Assembly: GCA_951406725.2 (NCBI GenBank)
Contig: OX597824.1
Span: 88,040,001 to 88,104,000, forward strand
Length of the DNA: 64,000 nucleotides
Direction: 5' to 3'
Source of the DNA: Octopus vulgaris
Taxonomy: Eukaryota
Shown: one piece after another, positions 38,546 to 52,755 of the stretch
Position numbering within the stretch: the first letter of the stretch is position 1
Layout of the letters: each line of letters begins with the position of its first letter
Made by a program: the position numbers and the translations under genes
Notes under the pieces: model-generated
Told to the model about the DNA's origin: nothing
Databases searched by the model: none
Seen by the model: the letters and a program-made list of their open reading frames with translations, nothing else

Positions 38546-39943
38546 ATGTATGTATGTATGTATGTATGTATGTATGTATGAATGTATGTATGTATGTATG
38601 TATTATATATGTATGTATGTATGTATTATATATGTATGTATGTATGTATGCATGTGTACATGTATGTGTGTATGTATATGTATATATATGTATATATGTA
38701 TGTATGCATGCTGGATGTTAAATATGTGCATGTATATATGTGTGTGTATATGTGTGTGTGTGTGTATGTATATATGTGTATGTGTGTGCATGTGCATGTG
38801 TGTGAGTCTGTGTATATGTATGTACATATATTAATGCTCGTTTCTATGTTCAGTTATACTCTTTTACTCTTTTACTCTTTTAATCTTTTACTTGTTTCAG
38901 TTATTTGACTGCGGCCATGCTGGAGCACCGCCTTTAAGCCCAGTACTTATTTTATCGGTCTCTTTTGCCGAACCGCTAAGTGACGGGGACATAAACACAA
39001 CAGCATAGGTTGTCAATGCTAGGGGGACAAACACACAAACATACACGCACACATATATATATATATATACACATATACGACAGGCTTCTTTCAGTTTCCG
39101 TCTACCAAATCCACTCACAAGGCATTGGTCGGCCCGAGGTTATAGTAGAAGACACTTGCCCAAGGTGCCACGCAGTGGGATTGAACCCGGAACCATGTGG
39201 TTGGTAGACAAGCTACTTACCACACAGCCACTCCTGTGCCTATTATAACGAAAGCAAGTTATAACGAAAGCAATTTTACATTATGTATGCGAGTGTGTGT
39301 ACACATACCCGGATATACTCACACACATGCATACACACACGCACGCACACACACACACGCATACACACACGCACGCACACATACACACACGTGTACCAAG
39401 GTCATAAAACTGATTCCCTATGGATCAAGTTCTCACATAAAACGCATCCATTTCCAATGCCATGAACTTGCAGTATTATTTTCAAAGCAATTATTGCTAT
39501 TAAACTTGATAATGAAGACAGACAAAGCACATTTCTAATCACCGTTTATCGGTTTATTAATTAATTATTACGACAGTAATAATCGACTTTTAACATGCTA
39601 TTGTCTATGTTGTTGATGGTGGGGGTGAGCAGACCACTAATTAAAGACAATCCAGCCTTGACCATTCCACCATTTTAGAAGTATGTTGGATGATATTATT
39701 CAATATAAACTTCATTTTTTTATGAGTCAACAACTATCCTTTCAGCCCCCCCCCCCCACACACACACACCATACATCTCGCACCCTCCTCATAGACTATG
39801 CCTGTTTTTCCCTTCCCCAGCCACTCCTGTATCCTATCCAGCATCATCTCCCTCCTGTCCTTCTCCTGTCTACTGTATGTATGCATAGCTCCTGCACGCA
39901 TTTTTTTCTCTTCTTGTTTCTCTCCTTGTTTCTTTTCTGTGTA

Positions 39944-39981
39944 TCTTTCTGTCGAAGAGCGTAGGCTCGAAACGTAAAAGA
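39944..39981 (+). ncRNA. Minimal type I hammerhead ribozyme motif (A6U core variant) in a (TA)n-tailed short element (~39885-40078)
   Basis: Stem I tcttt/aaaga; core CTGTCGA-A; stem II gagc-gtag-gctc; GAAA-CG-TA. Confidence 0.65.
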
Positions 39982-40074
39982 CTTTTTTTTATTTCTATTC
40001 CTGAGCGCTATACTGATACATTTGTTTGTTTGTACTCCACCTGCCTTTGTCTTTTGTTTATTTTCGTAAACCTT

Positions 40075-40128
<54 letters not shown>

Positions 40129-40670
40129 ACAACTGAGGGTAAAATTAATTAGTTATTAATCAATTTCAACCCACGTGGGTGGAAGGGGAGAGCAGGGAAT
40201 CTTCGCTTGCACATTTTGAATTTGTTGGTACTGGCAGTCTGAACGGGTCATCTGAGGTGATAAGTCGCCAAAGGGTATGTTCTTTCTTTTTAGTGCTTCC
40301 AAATCCAAAATAAGAAATGTTGAGCTGACGAAAGAAATGCTGAGTTTATTTGGCTAATCTAGAAACGTTAACGTTCTCAAATAATCTTTGTACTTGTGAT
40401 ATTTTTCTGTTCTTACCTCCATACCTTCGTGAGTTATTTTGAGTAAACATTATCTGAGAGAAATTTTCTTTAAGTAGTGGAAATGGCAAAAAAACTTTTT
40501 TTTGGCTGCTATTTCTAGCAAGTTCAGTATGTGGCAAAGTAATTTATTTTACTAAGCCCTAATTATATAATATATATATATATATATATATACAAAAATG
40601 TGATCACGTGTGTACCGTTGGCGATTTTTTTTCCTTTGTCTTTCCTTCTCTGGATCTTTTCTTCTCCTAT

Positions 40671-40705
40671 GTTTCCGACAAGGAGCTCCGCTTGAAACGT
40701 TAAAC
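40671..40705 (+). ncRNA. Degenerate minimal hammerhead motif in a short element (~40593-40803) flanked by (TA)n
   Basis: Stem I gttt/aaac; core CCGACAA-g; stem II gagc-tcc-gctt; GAAA-CG-TT. Confidence 0.5.
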
Positions 40706-40799
40706 CCTCCTTCTTTCCTTCTTTCCTGAGCGTCCAATAATACTATATTTGTTCCACATCCTCGCGTTGTTGTGTTTTTTTGTGCTTTCTTGTTTGGAT

Positions 40800-40906
<107 letters not shown>

Positions 40907-41589
40907 TCATCATCATCATTTAACGTCCGCTTTCCATGCTAGCATGGGTTGGACGGTTCAACTGGGGTCTGGGGAGCCCGAAGGCTGCACCAGGTCAGTC
41001 GGATCTGGCAGTGTTTCTACAGCTGGATGCCCTTCCTAACGCCAACAACTCCGAGAGTGTAGTGGGTGATTTTATGTGCCACCGGCACTGGTACCACAAA
41101 GATACAAATTCCATTGATGTTCATCTATTTTGATTTGGTTTGATTTTGATTTTCATGTGCATGTAGTATGTATATAGTTAGTTCGAGGTAGTTAAGTCCT
41201 CATTAAGGGTTATATAATCCAAGGTATTCCGATTAAAAAAAAATCATCTTTCTACAACATGCAAATAAATCAGTAATTACATTCATTTATTCTCCACGTC
41301 CTTCTCCTTGTTTTTCCCCATATATCATCATCATCATCATCATCATCATCATAATCATCATTGTCATCATCATCGTTTAACGTCCATTTTCCATGCTAGC
41401 ATGGGTTGGACGGTTCGACCGGGGTCTGGGAAGCCAGGAGGCTGCACCAGGCTCCAGTCTTATCTGGCAGTGTTTCTACAGCTGGATGCCCTTCCTAACG
41501 CTAACCACTCCGTGAGTGTAATGGGTGCTTTTTACATGCCACCGGCACAGGGGCCAGAGGAGGCTGGCAAACGGCCAAGATTGCTCATG

Positions 41590-41842
41590 AAATTAACGTG
41601 CAAGTGGCTGAGCACTCCACAGATACGTGTACCCTTAACGTAGTTCTCGGGGATATTCAGCATGACTCAAAGTGTGACAAGGCCGGCCCTTTGAAATACA
41701 GGTACTACTCATTTTTGCCAGCTAAGTGGACTTGAACAACATGAAATAAAGTGTCTTGCTCAAGGACACAATGTGTCACCAGGAATTGAACTCATGACCT
41801 TATGATCGTGAGCCGACGCCCAAACCACTAAGCCACACACCT

Positions 41843-41846
<4 letters not shown>
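41590..41846 (-). mobile_element. tRNA-derived SINE family F
   Basis: Minus strand tggcttagtggtt..gagttcaattcc followed by gtgtccttgagcaagacactt (CORE-like start). Confidence 0.75.
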
Positions 41847-41884
<38 letters not shown>

Positions 41885-43705
41885 ACTTCCAACACTAGAA
41901 TATCTGCCTCAACAACTATCCTTCTCCCCACACACCATACATTTCCCACCATCCTCATACACTGTGCCTGCTTTTCCCTTCCCCATCTGCTCCTGCATCC
42001 TATCCAACATCATCTCTCTATTGCCCTTCTCCTGTCTACTGTTTCATCATTGTTATTCTGCTGCTCAGAACTGTCAGTCATCTCCTACTCTCTCACTTCC
42101 TCTTGCCCATTGCTCTTTGGCTCCATTCAATCAATCTCACCTTCTCCTTTCTAAAATTTGAGAAATCTGTTCTGCTCTGGCCCCTTCTCTTATACTTTCA
42201 CCCATTATTCTCCCTTCGTATCCTAGTATAAAGTCGCCCCCCCCCCCATCCTGGGGTTTATAGTCATGCAAACTATGTGGTAGCCTTCCTGTACATGCTG
42301 CAAAGTGGTTGATGTTAAGAAAAGCATCAAGCCATAGAAACCATTCCAAAATAGACATTGGGGCACGGTGCAGTCCTTGGACTTGTAGTGACGCCTGGTT
42401 CCAGACGCCAGGTTCCAGACGCCATTTTGGGATTTTCATCCACGCATGCACAGGGATTAGTCTTCTGGAAGGCCTGCCAGAAGCCCCTTATGCACATGCA
42501 CAGTCATCAGGAGAAGCTAAGCTTGACCGCCATTCTCTCTCTCTTTGCCCCTGCTGCCGACTGAGCCGGACAGAACTTGACCAGCTCCGAGTGGCTGGAA
42601 TTCTGAAGGCGATCCACAACTTCGGCGAATCTGAGCTGAATGCCTTCACAATTCTGATTAAACCGATTCTGCTGTTTCCACACCAAGGCAACCTGGCTAC
42701 CGATTGTCCAGAGATGTAACGCTTGTACAGACAGAAAAATAAATATTGGTTTGTTCGGAGAGTCTTGTTCCAGCAATTTTCCTTTCCACGACTATGTAAG
42801 GAATTGTGAGGCACCCATCCAGTGCTGACCTCACTTCCTACAGACTCATTGGATCCTGTCAAACCATACAACCTATGCCAGCATGGAATATGGACATTAA
42901 ATGGTGGTGAGCTGACAGAATCGTTAGCACGCCGGACGAAATGCTTAGCGGTATTTCATCTGCTGTTACATTCTGAGTTCAAATTCCGCCAAGGCCGACT
43001 TTGACTTTCATCCTTTCAGGGTCGATTAAATAAGTACCTGTTACGCACTGGGGTCGATGTAATCAACTTAATCTGTTTGTCTGTCCTTGTTTGTCCCCCC
43101 TGTGTTTAGCCCCTTGTGGGTAGTAAAGAAATAGGTATTGGTGGTGGTGGTGGCAGCAGCGATGATGATGATGATGACGATGACGATGATGATGATGATG
43201 AAGATGACGATGACGATGACAATGACGATGAAAATGACAATGACGATGATGATGATGATGATGACGATGACGACGACGATGATGATGATGATGACGATGA
43301 CGATGATGATGACGACGACAAGGATGATGATGACAATGATGATGATGATGATGATGACGATGATAACGATGACAATGATGATGACGATGACGATGATGAT
43401 GATGATGATGACGATGATGATGACGATGATGATGATGATGATGATGACAATGATGATGATGATGATGATGACGACGACGATGATGATGATGACAGCAATG
43501 GTGTAGCAGGTTAAGGCTACCATACAGAGGCTTCCTCTTTGGTGTGTCTGATGTATCACAAACAGATAAATGAATAATCATAACGAATTCCCTCACTTCA
43601 CAAAAGACCAATTGTAAATACATAAAAACGAACAATACAAAGCAGGTGGAAGTGTTTCCAAAGTGTGTTTGATAGAAACCTGGCCAGAATCAACTTTTAA
43701 AAATC

Positions 43706-45122
43706 AATAGTAATCAAAGCATATAATATAAGAAGATAATAAAAGCTGACAGGAAATCTATTGAGAAACTCCACTGAACACCTCAAGATGGTTCTGGATG
43801 AATGCATCCATTTAACTCAATAGATTTTTCTTCAGGATATTGTTTATAATGGCTAGTTTATCGGCAGCATTAGCAAATGTTAACAAATTGAAAGGTACTG
43901 TGTCTGACCAAGAAATATACTGCGTTGTAGCGGAAGAATTCAGTGAAACAAACAGTAGTAAGAAAAAAAGAAATACTGGAAGATATGACGGTGGCATGTG
44001 TAAAGGCACCTGTGCCACTGGCATGTGTAGAAATATTCGAGCGAGGTCATTGCCAGTACTGCCTGACTGGCCCCCGTGCACTGGCATGTAAAAGGGCACC
44101 ATTCAAGCGCGATCGTAACCAACTTACTGGCACCTGTGCCGGTAGCATGTGTAAAAAGATTCGAGCGAGGTCGTTGCCAGTACCATTTGACTGACCCCTG
44201 TTCCATGGCACATAAAAGGGCACCATTCGAGTGGGTTCATTACCAACATCGCCTGACTGGCCCCCGTGCCGGTGGCACGTAAAAAGCACCCACTACACTC
44301 TCGGAGTGGTTGGCGTTAGGAAGGGCATCCAGCTGTAGAAACTCTGCCAGATCAAGATTGAAGCCTGGTGCAGCCATCTGGTTTGCCAGCCCTCAGTCAA
44401 AATCGTCCAACCCATGCTAGCATGGAAAGTGGACGTTAAACGATGATGATGAATAGTAATCAAAGCATATATAAGAAGATAATAAAAGCTGACAGGAAAG
44501 CTATTGAGAAACTCCACTGAACACCTCAAGATGGTTCTGGATGAATGCATCCATTTAGCTTGATACATTTTTCTTCAGGATATTGTTTATAATGGCTAGT
44601 TTATCGGCAGCATTAGCAAGTGGAGGCGCAATGGCCCAGTGGTTAGGGCAGCGGACTTGCAGTCGGAGGATCGCAGTTTCAATTCCCAGACCAGGCGTTG
44701 TGTGTGTTTATTGAGCAAAAACACCTAAAGCTCCACGAGGCTCTGGCAGGGAGTGGTGGCGACCCCTGTTGTACTCTTTCGCTCCAACTTTCTCTCACTC
44801 TTTCTTCCTGTTTCTTGTCCCCGACTTCTTACACAAGCGCTGAGACTGGATGCGCATTCATCCATCTGTTGATGCTCTCGGTGTCGGCGGGTTGACCTGC
44901 TTTATCTTCTGCGGGTCTTACAAATAGCAAAGGACCATGTTTCAGACTTCTCCCACTACACTCTGGCACGAAGACCGCTTCGCTCAACAAACAAAGAAGC
45001 AACATTAGCAAATGTTAACAAATCGAAAGGTACTGTGTCTGACCAAGAAATATTCTGCGTTGCAGCGGAAGAATTCAGGGAAACAAATAGCAGGAAGAAA
45101 AAAAAGAAATACTGCAAGATAT
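43706..45122. repeat. ~281-bp direct duplication flanking a family C RTE 3' insertion; the second copy carries a family D SINE
   Basis: 43706-43986 matches 44452-44619 plus 45012-45122. SINE 44620-44998 has TSD gca(g/a)cattagcaa. Confidence 0.9.
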
Positions 45123-45349
45123 TAATGAGAGTTGATGCCATTGATCAAGTAGAATAATGTCGAGTGATGTAGACAAGTGAAAAAGAAACATTAAGATTAA
45201 AGACTAATGATTGGGAACTTGGATTCAGCACAAAGTATTATATTTAAGTTAACAAGGAGTACAGTTCTATAATTAAGAGATGAAGAATTATGTACATTAT
45301 TTACATTATTTACATTTGATGGATATTTGTCCTCATCTTGTTTGTTGTT

Positions 45350-45395
45350 AACACAACGTTTCGGCTGATATACTCTCCAGCCTTCATCAGGTGTC
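45350..45395 (-). ncRNA. Minimal type I hammerhead ribozyme motif, canonical core
   Basis: Minus strand gacac-CTGATGA-a-ggctg-gagagtatat-cagcc-GAAA-CG-TT-gtgtt. Confidence 0.8.
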
Positions 45396-45466
45396 TTGGG
45401 GAAATTTAGAACCTGGGTTCTCATTCCTAAGGTATTTTTCAATGTTACTATTATTATTATTATTAC

Positions 45467-45520
<54 letters not shown>

Positions 45521-45578
45521 GGAAGGATAGGAAAATATTAGATTTATAAGCCCTAAAATTCACTCCATAATTGCCTAC

Positions 45579-45800
45579 GGGCATATGATGTAGTGTTTAA
45601 GAGCACAGGCTACTAACCCCAAGATTCCGAGTTCGATTCCAGGCAATGACCTTAATAATAATAATAATAATAACAATATCAAGAAATACCTTAGGTTCAA
45701 AATTTCCCCAAGACACCTGATGAAGGCTGGAGGTAACAACAAACAAGATGAGGACAAATAACCATCAAATGTAAATAATGTAAATAATGTAAATAATTAA
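45579..45800 (+). mobile_element. tRNA-headed SINE-like element: tRNA-like head, (TAA)n, then hammerhead-type tail (internally deleted here)
   Basis: A-box-like tgatgtagtgtt, B box gagttcgattcc, then (TAA)n, then aaataccttagg..ccccaagacacCTGATGAaggctggag[deletion]taacaacaaacaagatgagg. It is an inverted copy of 45290-45445. Confidence 0.7.
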
Positions 45801-46711
45801 CAAGGAATAGTTTATCTCTTTTAATATACCTACCATGTATGTATGTATGTATGTATGTATGCATTATGTATGTATGTATGTATGTATGTATGTATGTACG
45901 TACATATGCATGCTTGTATGGATGCATGAATGTATGTATGTATATACGTATGCATGCTTGTATGTATTTATGTATGTATGTATGTATGTATGTATGTATG
46001 TATGTATGTATGTGTGTATGTATGCATTTATGTATGTAGGTAATTATGTAGGTGAGTATGATGACGTCCCAACCAACTCAATCTCTACAATAAACTTTAC
46101 TCTATTCTCATATATATATATAAATATATATATATAAATATATATATATATACATATATACGATGGGCTTCTTTCAGTTTCTGTCTACCAAATCTACTCA
46201 CAAGGCTTTGGTCGGTCTGAGGTTATAGTAGAAGACACTTGCCCAAGGTGCCATGCAGTGGGTCTGAATGCGGAAAGTGGGTAAGTCAATTCCTTTGACC
46301 CCAGCACTCAATCGGTTCTTATTTTATCGACCCCAAAAGGATGAAAGGCTAAGTCGCCCTTGGTAGAATTTGAACCCAGAATGTAAAGATAGATGAAATG
46401 CCGCTAAGCATTTTGCCTGGTGCACTATCGATTCTGCCAGCTTTCCGCCTTGATGATGCTGTATATTAATGATGTAAAATATTGATATAATAAATATTAA
46501 TAAAGATAATGATATAACATGTCAGTTACTTGAGATAATCTATGTATTTATATTGCGTAATGAACTCAATATATTTGCATCTCTTTAACAGCAAAACGAA
46601 AATATCAAGAAAATAACTGTTGCATTACAAAATCCTATAAATTTAACGAAGTTGTCAGAAACAGCAGTATACTGCTGTGCAGTAATTATTTGGTTTTTTT
46701 TTTGCTTGCAT

Positions 46712-46742
<31 letters not shown>

Positions 46743-46764
46743 CCACCACCACCACCACCGCCAC

Positions 46765-46798
<34 letters not shown>

Positions 46799-48930
46799 GT
46801 TTAGTGTCTGTTTTCCATGTTGGCATAGGTTTGATGGTTTGATTAGAACTGGTTGGCCAGAGAGCTGCACCGGGCTTCAGTCTGTCTTGGCTTGGTTTCT
46901 ATGGCTGGATGCCTTTCCTAACATGCCAACCACTTCACAGAGTATACCGGGCACAGTTTATGCATCAGTGGCACATGTGCCTTTTATGTGTCGCCAGCAC
47001 TGGCCACAACTCTGATTTTACTTAGTTTGATGTAAGCATGTCCTGAATCCAAATCTCATCGGATGGACTTTTGCTTTTAATCCTTTCGGGATCAACTGAT
47101 AAAATATTTAGTCATATTCCTTTATATTTTGGGTTCAAATCTCAGTGAGGTCAACTTTTACCATTCACCCTTCCATTTTGTATTTTTTTTTTAATTTTTT
47201 AGTCAGTAGGGAAAGCTACGCCCTTTACCATTTTATTACAGGGCCACTGAAGTTGGAAAGAAAAGAAACAGGAAGGGGTCTATAAACCAGAATACTTGCA
47301 ACAAAGTGGACTCTGCTGTTAATTCTCAGGGGCCCAGTTGGCAGTGTTAAACCAGACAACAGATTAAGTCTGGATGATAGTAAAATAAATACCAGTTAAA
47401 TACTGGTGTACTAACGTTTCTGCCAGCTTGCTGCCTTCCAATGTTATATTAACAGCAAAAGGAGCACCATCTGGAGGACATGAAAGGCTTTTTGGTTTGG
47501 CTACGATCAAAGATTCTCCCAAGTAGTGTCAAAGAACCTAATTTGCAGAAGGTGATCAGAGTTGTGGAATGTCTAGATCCTATCTATACGGCTTCTCACA
47601 TCTATGTGGTTGGGCTGCCTTAGCTTATTCGTTTGTCCCTTCTCAAGCCATGCCTGGCTCATAAGCGCCGGTCTCCCGGTTTCCTTTGCGTATAGGCTCC
47701 CCACCTGGACAGAACGCCGGTCCATCGCAGGAGGAAAGTTGTGGCGAATGAGTCAGCAGAAGTTCACCATTACCTTCTGCCAGAGCTGCATGGAACTTAG
47801 GTGTTTCACTCATAAACACACACATCACCCAGTCTGAGATTCGAACCCGCGATCCCTCGACTGCAAGTCCGCTGCTCTAACCACTAGGCCATGTACCTCC
47901 ATGCCTTAGCTTATTTAATGTATCATATTTTTAACCTGTTTTGACATATTTGTTTCTAATTTTAGCACATGGCCAGCAATTTCAAGAGGGAAGGTAAGTC
48001 AAATATATCAACCCCACTGCTCAGCTTGTAATTTTATCAACTCCAAAAAGATAAAAGACACATTGAACCTCAGCAGAATTTGAACTCAGATCGTAAAGAC
48101 AGATGAAATACTTCTAAGTATTCTGCCAAGATGTTAACAATTTTTTTATACTCTAGGCACAAGGCCCAAAATTTCGGGGGAGGGGGCCAGTCGATTAGAT
48201 CGACCCCAGTACACAACTGGTACTTGATTTATCAACCCCAAAAGGATGAAAGGCAAAGTCAACCTCGGTGGAATTTGAACTCAGATCGTAATGCAGAGGA
48301 AATACATCTACGCATTTTGCTGGCATATTAACAATTCTTTTCTATTCTAGGCACAAGGCCCGAAATTTTGGGGGAGGGGCCAGTCGATTAAATCGACCCC
48401 AGTACACAACTGGTACTTAATTTACCAACCCTGAAAAGATGAAAGGCAAAGTCAACCTCGGTGGAATTTGAACTCAGATCATAATGGCAGATGAAATACT
48501 TCTAAGCATTTTGCCAGTATGCTAACAGTTCTGCCAGTTCACTGCTTTAACCTGTTTTAATACATTGCAATTAGTTTTTGCTTCAGAACCCCTCAAAAAC
48601 CAAAGAGAAGATTTATGGACACATTATATACATTTCTATTAGTGTTGCTCATTGCAGGGTCAGCTTGGCTGGCCATTGCTGTATTACGAGACCCAATATT
48701 TTGGAGCTTTCCTCTTGATGGAGGACAAGGGTTACTCAACCACATTGGTGCTGTTGGCTGAGACACACAGCATGAAAAATCAGGACACACAAAACCAACG
48801 GAGACAGAGATCCTTGTTGTGACATCATAAAATGCATCCTATTCAGAACACACACAAACACACACACACACACACACTCACACACACACACACACTCACA
48901 CACACATACATGTATAGATGTGTGTGTGTA

Positions 48931-48973
<43 letters not shown>

Positions 48974-49054
48974 CCATGTATTTTGAAATCCTTTTCTTTG
49001 ATATGTTTGACATGTTTGTATTAAATGCATGATCTCTTGTGGTCAACAAAAAAA

Positions 49055-49091
49055 GATTATTATTATATTATTATTATTATTATCATTATTA

Positions 49092-49125
<34 letters not shown>

Positions 49126-49321
49126 CATTTTTATTATTATTATTATCATTATTATCATTATTATTATTATTATTATTATTCTATGTTTGACTTTTGCTTT
49201 TATATTTGTACAAGTTGGCTCCAAGTCTCACCCAGAGACCTCAAGAGACAACAGGGTTGGAAGTTCATTATTATTATTATTATTATTATTATCATTTTTA
49301 TTATTATTATTATCATTATTA

Positions 49322-49373
<52 letters not shown>

Positions 49374-49393
49374 CATTTTTATTATTATTATTA

Positions 49394-49445
<52 letters not shown>

Positions 49446-49449
49446 CATT

Positions 49450-49493
<44 letters not shown>

Positions 49494-49495
49494 CA

Positions 49496-49529
<34 letters not shown>

Positions 49530-49549
49530 CATTTTTATTATTATTATTA

Positions 49550-49586
<37 letters not shown>

Positions 49587-49606
49587 CATTTTTATTATTA
49601 TTATTA

Positions 49607-49646
<40 letters not shown>

Positions 49647-49671
49647 CATTTTTATTATTATTATTATCATT

Positions 49672-49706
<35 letters not shown>

Positions 49707-49710
49707 GATT
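49055..49710. repeat. (TTA)n array with a higher-order tatcattttt marker, containing an R4/Dong 3'-end fragment (49179-49266, minus)
   Basis: 49179-49266 is the reverse complement of ~6135-6220. Confidence 0.9.
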
Positions 49711-49939
49711 ACATAACTATTACAAGCTATGTTAGTTTAGCAGGAAGCACTGAGCTAGCAGAATTGTTAGCACATCAGACAAAAATGCTAAGTGACATTT
49801 CTTCCTGCTTTTGCCAAGGTTGACTTTTACCTTCCATCTTTTCAGAGTCAATGGAATAAGTACCAGTTGAACTCTGAGGTTGGTGGAATTGATTAGTTCC
49901 CGCCCACAAAATTTTGGACCTTGTGTCATTGCCACCACC

Positions 49940-50012
<73 letters not shown>

Positions 50013-50224
50013 CCATCACCACCACCGCCACCATCATCATCCTCATCATCAGAATCAGAATCAGAATCAGAATCATTATTTAATGTCTGATGTCCATGTT
50101 GGCATGGGTTGGATGGTTTGACCAAAGCTGGGGAGCTAGGGAGCTGCACCAGACCCCAGTCTGATTTGGCATGATTTCTATGGCTGAATGCCCTTCCTAA
50201 TGCCAACCATTTTACAGAGTGTGT

Positions 50225-50700
50225 CACGTGCCTTTATGTGGAATTGCATGGCTGCTTTTACATGACACCACATGGATGCTTTTATGAGACACAGCAGAGG
50301 CTCTTTTGCATTGCACCACATGGGCACTATTATGTGGAACCACATGGGTGCTTTTACATGACACCACATGGATGTATTTATGTGACACAACACAGGCTCT
50401 TTTACATGATACTGCACAGGTGCTTTTACATGACGCCACATGGCACTATTATGTGGAACTGCATGGATGCTTTTACATGATGCTCTTTTGCATGGCACTG
50501 CACAGGTGCTTTTACATGCACCACATGCATGCTTTTCATGGTGCCACACAGGCACGTTTATGTGACACCACATGGGTGCTTTTATGTGACGCTACACGCA
50601 TACTTAACACCACATGGGCGCTTTTACATGGCGCTGCACAGACACTTTTACATGGCGTCACACAGTTGCTTTTACGCGGCACTGCCAAGAGTGCTTTACA
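50225..50700 (-). repeat. ~22-30-bp minisatellite (gggtgcttttacatgacaccacat) expanded within an RTE 3' UTR
   Basis: Contiguous with the family C end at 50080-50225; the motif matches the ggtgcttttatgtgccacc repeats in other copies. Confidence 0.8.
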
Positions 50701-51676
50701 CCATCCAAAAGATCAATCTTAACTCTTCTGCTACTGTATCTGTAGTAAAAAAACAAAAAAACTAATGAGCAAGGATGTTGTTTTGAGGTTTGGTAACAGC
50801 AATTCTCTTCAAATTTCAAGAACTTTTCTTGGGATTTTTGCAGAATACAGGATTGCACTTTTCTGCTGGTCAACAACACCAATCTCAATTCCAGTATTCT
50901 TTAGCCTCTTAGTCTGCTGTTGGTGTTGCTGTTGCTGTTGAGCGAACGGTCTTCAACCCAGAGCTCGCAAAATGAGAGAGTCCAAAACACGGTCCTTAGC
51001 TATTTGTAAGACCCACAGAAGAGAAAGCAGGTCAACCCCCGACACCGAGAGCATCGACGGATGGATGAATGCGCATCCAGGTTCAGCGGTTGCGTAGGAA
51101 GTCGGGGTGCTGTTGGTGTTGGCCAAGAGCACCAGTTACCACAGGTATCATTGTCATCTTAGTCTTTCTCTCTCCATATCTCATACATCCTTTTTCTGTA
51201 TCAAATTTTGATAGGCTCGCTTCTGTAATAGCATTCTATGTCACAGTCCTATTGTTGTTTTGAGCCGATCTTTTCCTAATTTTTGCAGCAGCATTTGGCT
51301 AACGACCAGCCTTATTTGGCTGCAGAGTGGAACATTTGCTGTGAAAGAAACCTTTACTCAGCAATCTGGCTTCATAAATACAGTTGCGATAATTTTAATA
51401 TGGCATTACCCTCATAAAGGGAAATGTAGTGTTGAGGTGTTGCCACCATCAGTGTTTTTATTGAAACATCAGGGGAACTGCCAATCAAGTCTAAAGAAAC
51501 CATTCTCTCTTTGTTTTATATTGGTTGGTGTTAGGAAGGACATCCAGCTGTAGAAACTCTGCCAGATCAAGATTGGAGCCTGGTGCAGCCGTCTGGTTCG
51601 CCAGCCCTCAGTCAAAATTGTCCAACCCATGTTAGCATGGAAAACAGATATTAAACGATGACGATGATTATTATTA

Positions 51677-51716
<40 letters not shown>

Positions 51717-52083
51717 ATCAGTGACCATGCTGGGTAAAATGCTTAGCAGCATTTTGTCCACCTTTACGTTCTGAGTTCAAACTCTGTCGAACACATTTGC
51801 CTTTCATCCTTTTGGGGGTCGATGAAATAAGTACCAATTGAGCACTAGGGTCAATGTAATTGACTCACTCCCTCCCCCAAAATTGCTGCTGAAATATCAT
51901 TCACTTGATAACAATGGCACTCTCCCCTTTTTTTTGCTTCTGTATACTTACTGGAACAGTTACCTCAATCCTATAGAATATGACCAAAAATGAAGTTTAG
52001 TTTTTGAACATGTGGAAGGCACACTAGAGGCCGAACAATGCCACTCTTCTGTTTTTTTGCTGCTGCTATTAATGTTATTATTA

Positions 52084-52145
<62 letters not shown>

Positions 52146-52146
52146 A

Positions 52147-52300
52147 TTCTACGTTTGACTTTTGCTTTATATTTATACAAGTTGGCTCCAAGTCTCACCC
52201 AGAGACCTCAAGAGACAACAGGTTGGAAGTTTGTGATGTTGTTATGCCTAGTGTGCCATGTATTTGGTTTTGTATTTTGTGTTGTACTAGTGAATGTCAA
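52147..52300 (-). mobile_element. 3'-UTR fragment of the R4/Dong element within (TTA)n
   Basis: Reverse complement of ~6080-6220; (TTA)n on both sides. Confidence 0.88.
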
Positions 52301-52332
52301 AAAAAAAATTATCATTATTATTATTGTTATTG

Positions 52333-52363
<31 letters not shown>

Positions 52364-52364
52364 A

Positions 52365-52469
<105 letters not shown>

Positions 52470-52701
52470 ATTAAGGTAGTGAGCTGGCAGAGGCATTAGT
52501 GCACCAAGAGATGTTTAGCGGCATTTTGTCTGCCTGCATGATCTGGGTTCAAATCCCGCTGAGGTTGACTTTACCTTTCATTCTTTCAGGGTCAATAAAT
52601 TAAGCACCAGTTGAACACTGGGGTTGATGTAATCGACAAGTCCCTTCCTTCAAAATGTAAAGCCTTATGCCTTTAGTAGAAAGGATTATTATCATTATTA
52701 C

Positions 52702-52755
<54 letters not shown>

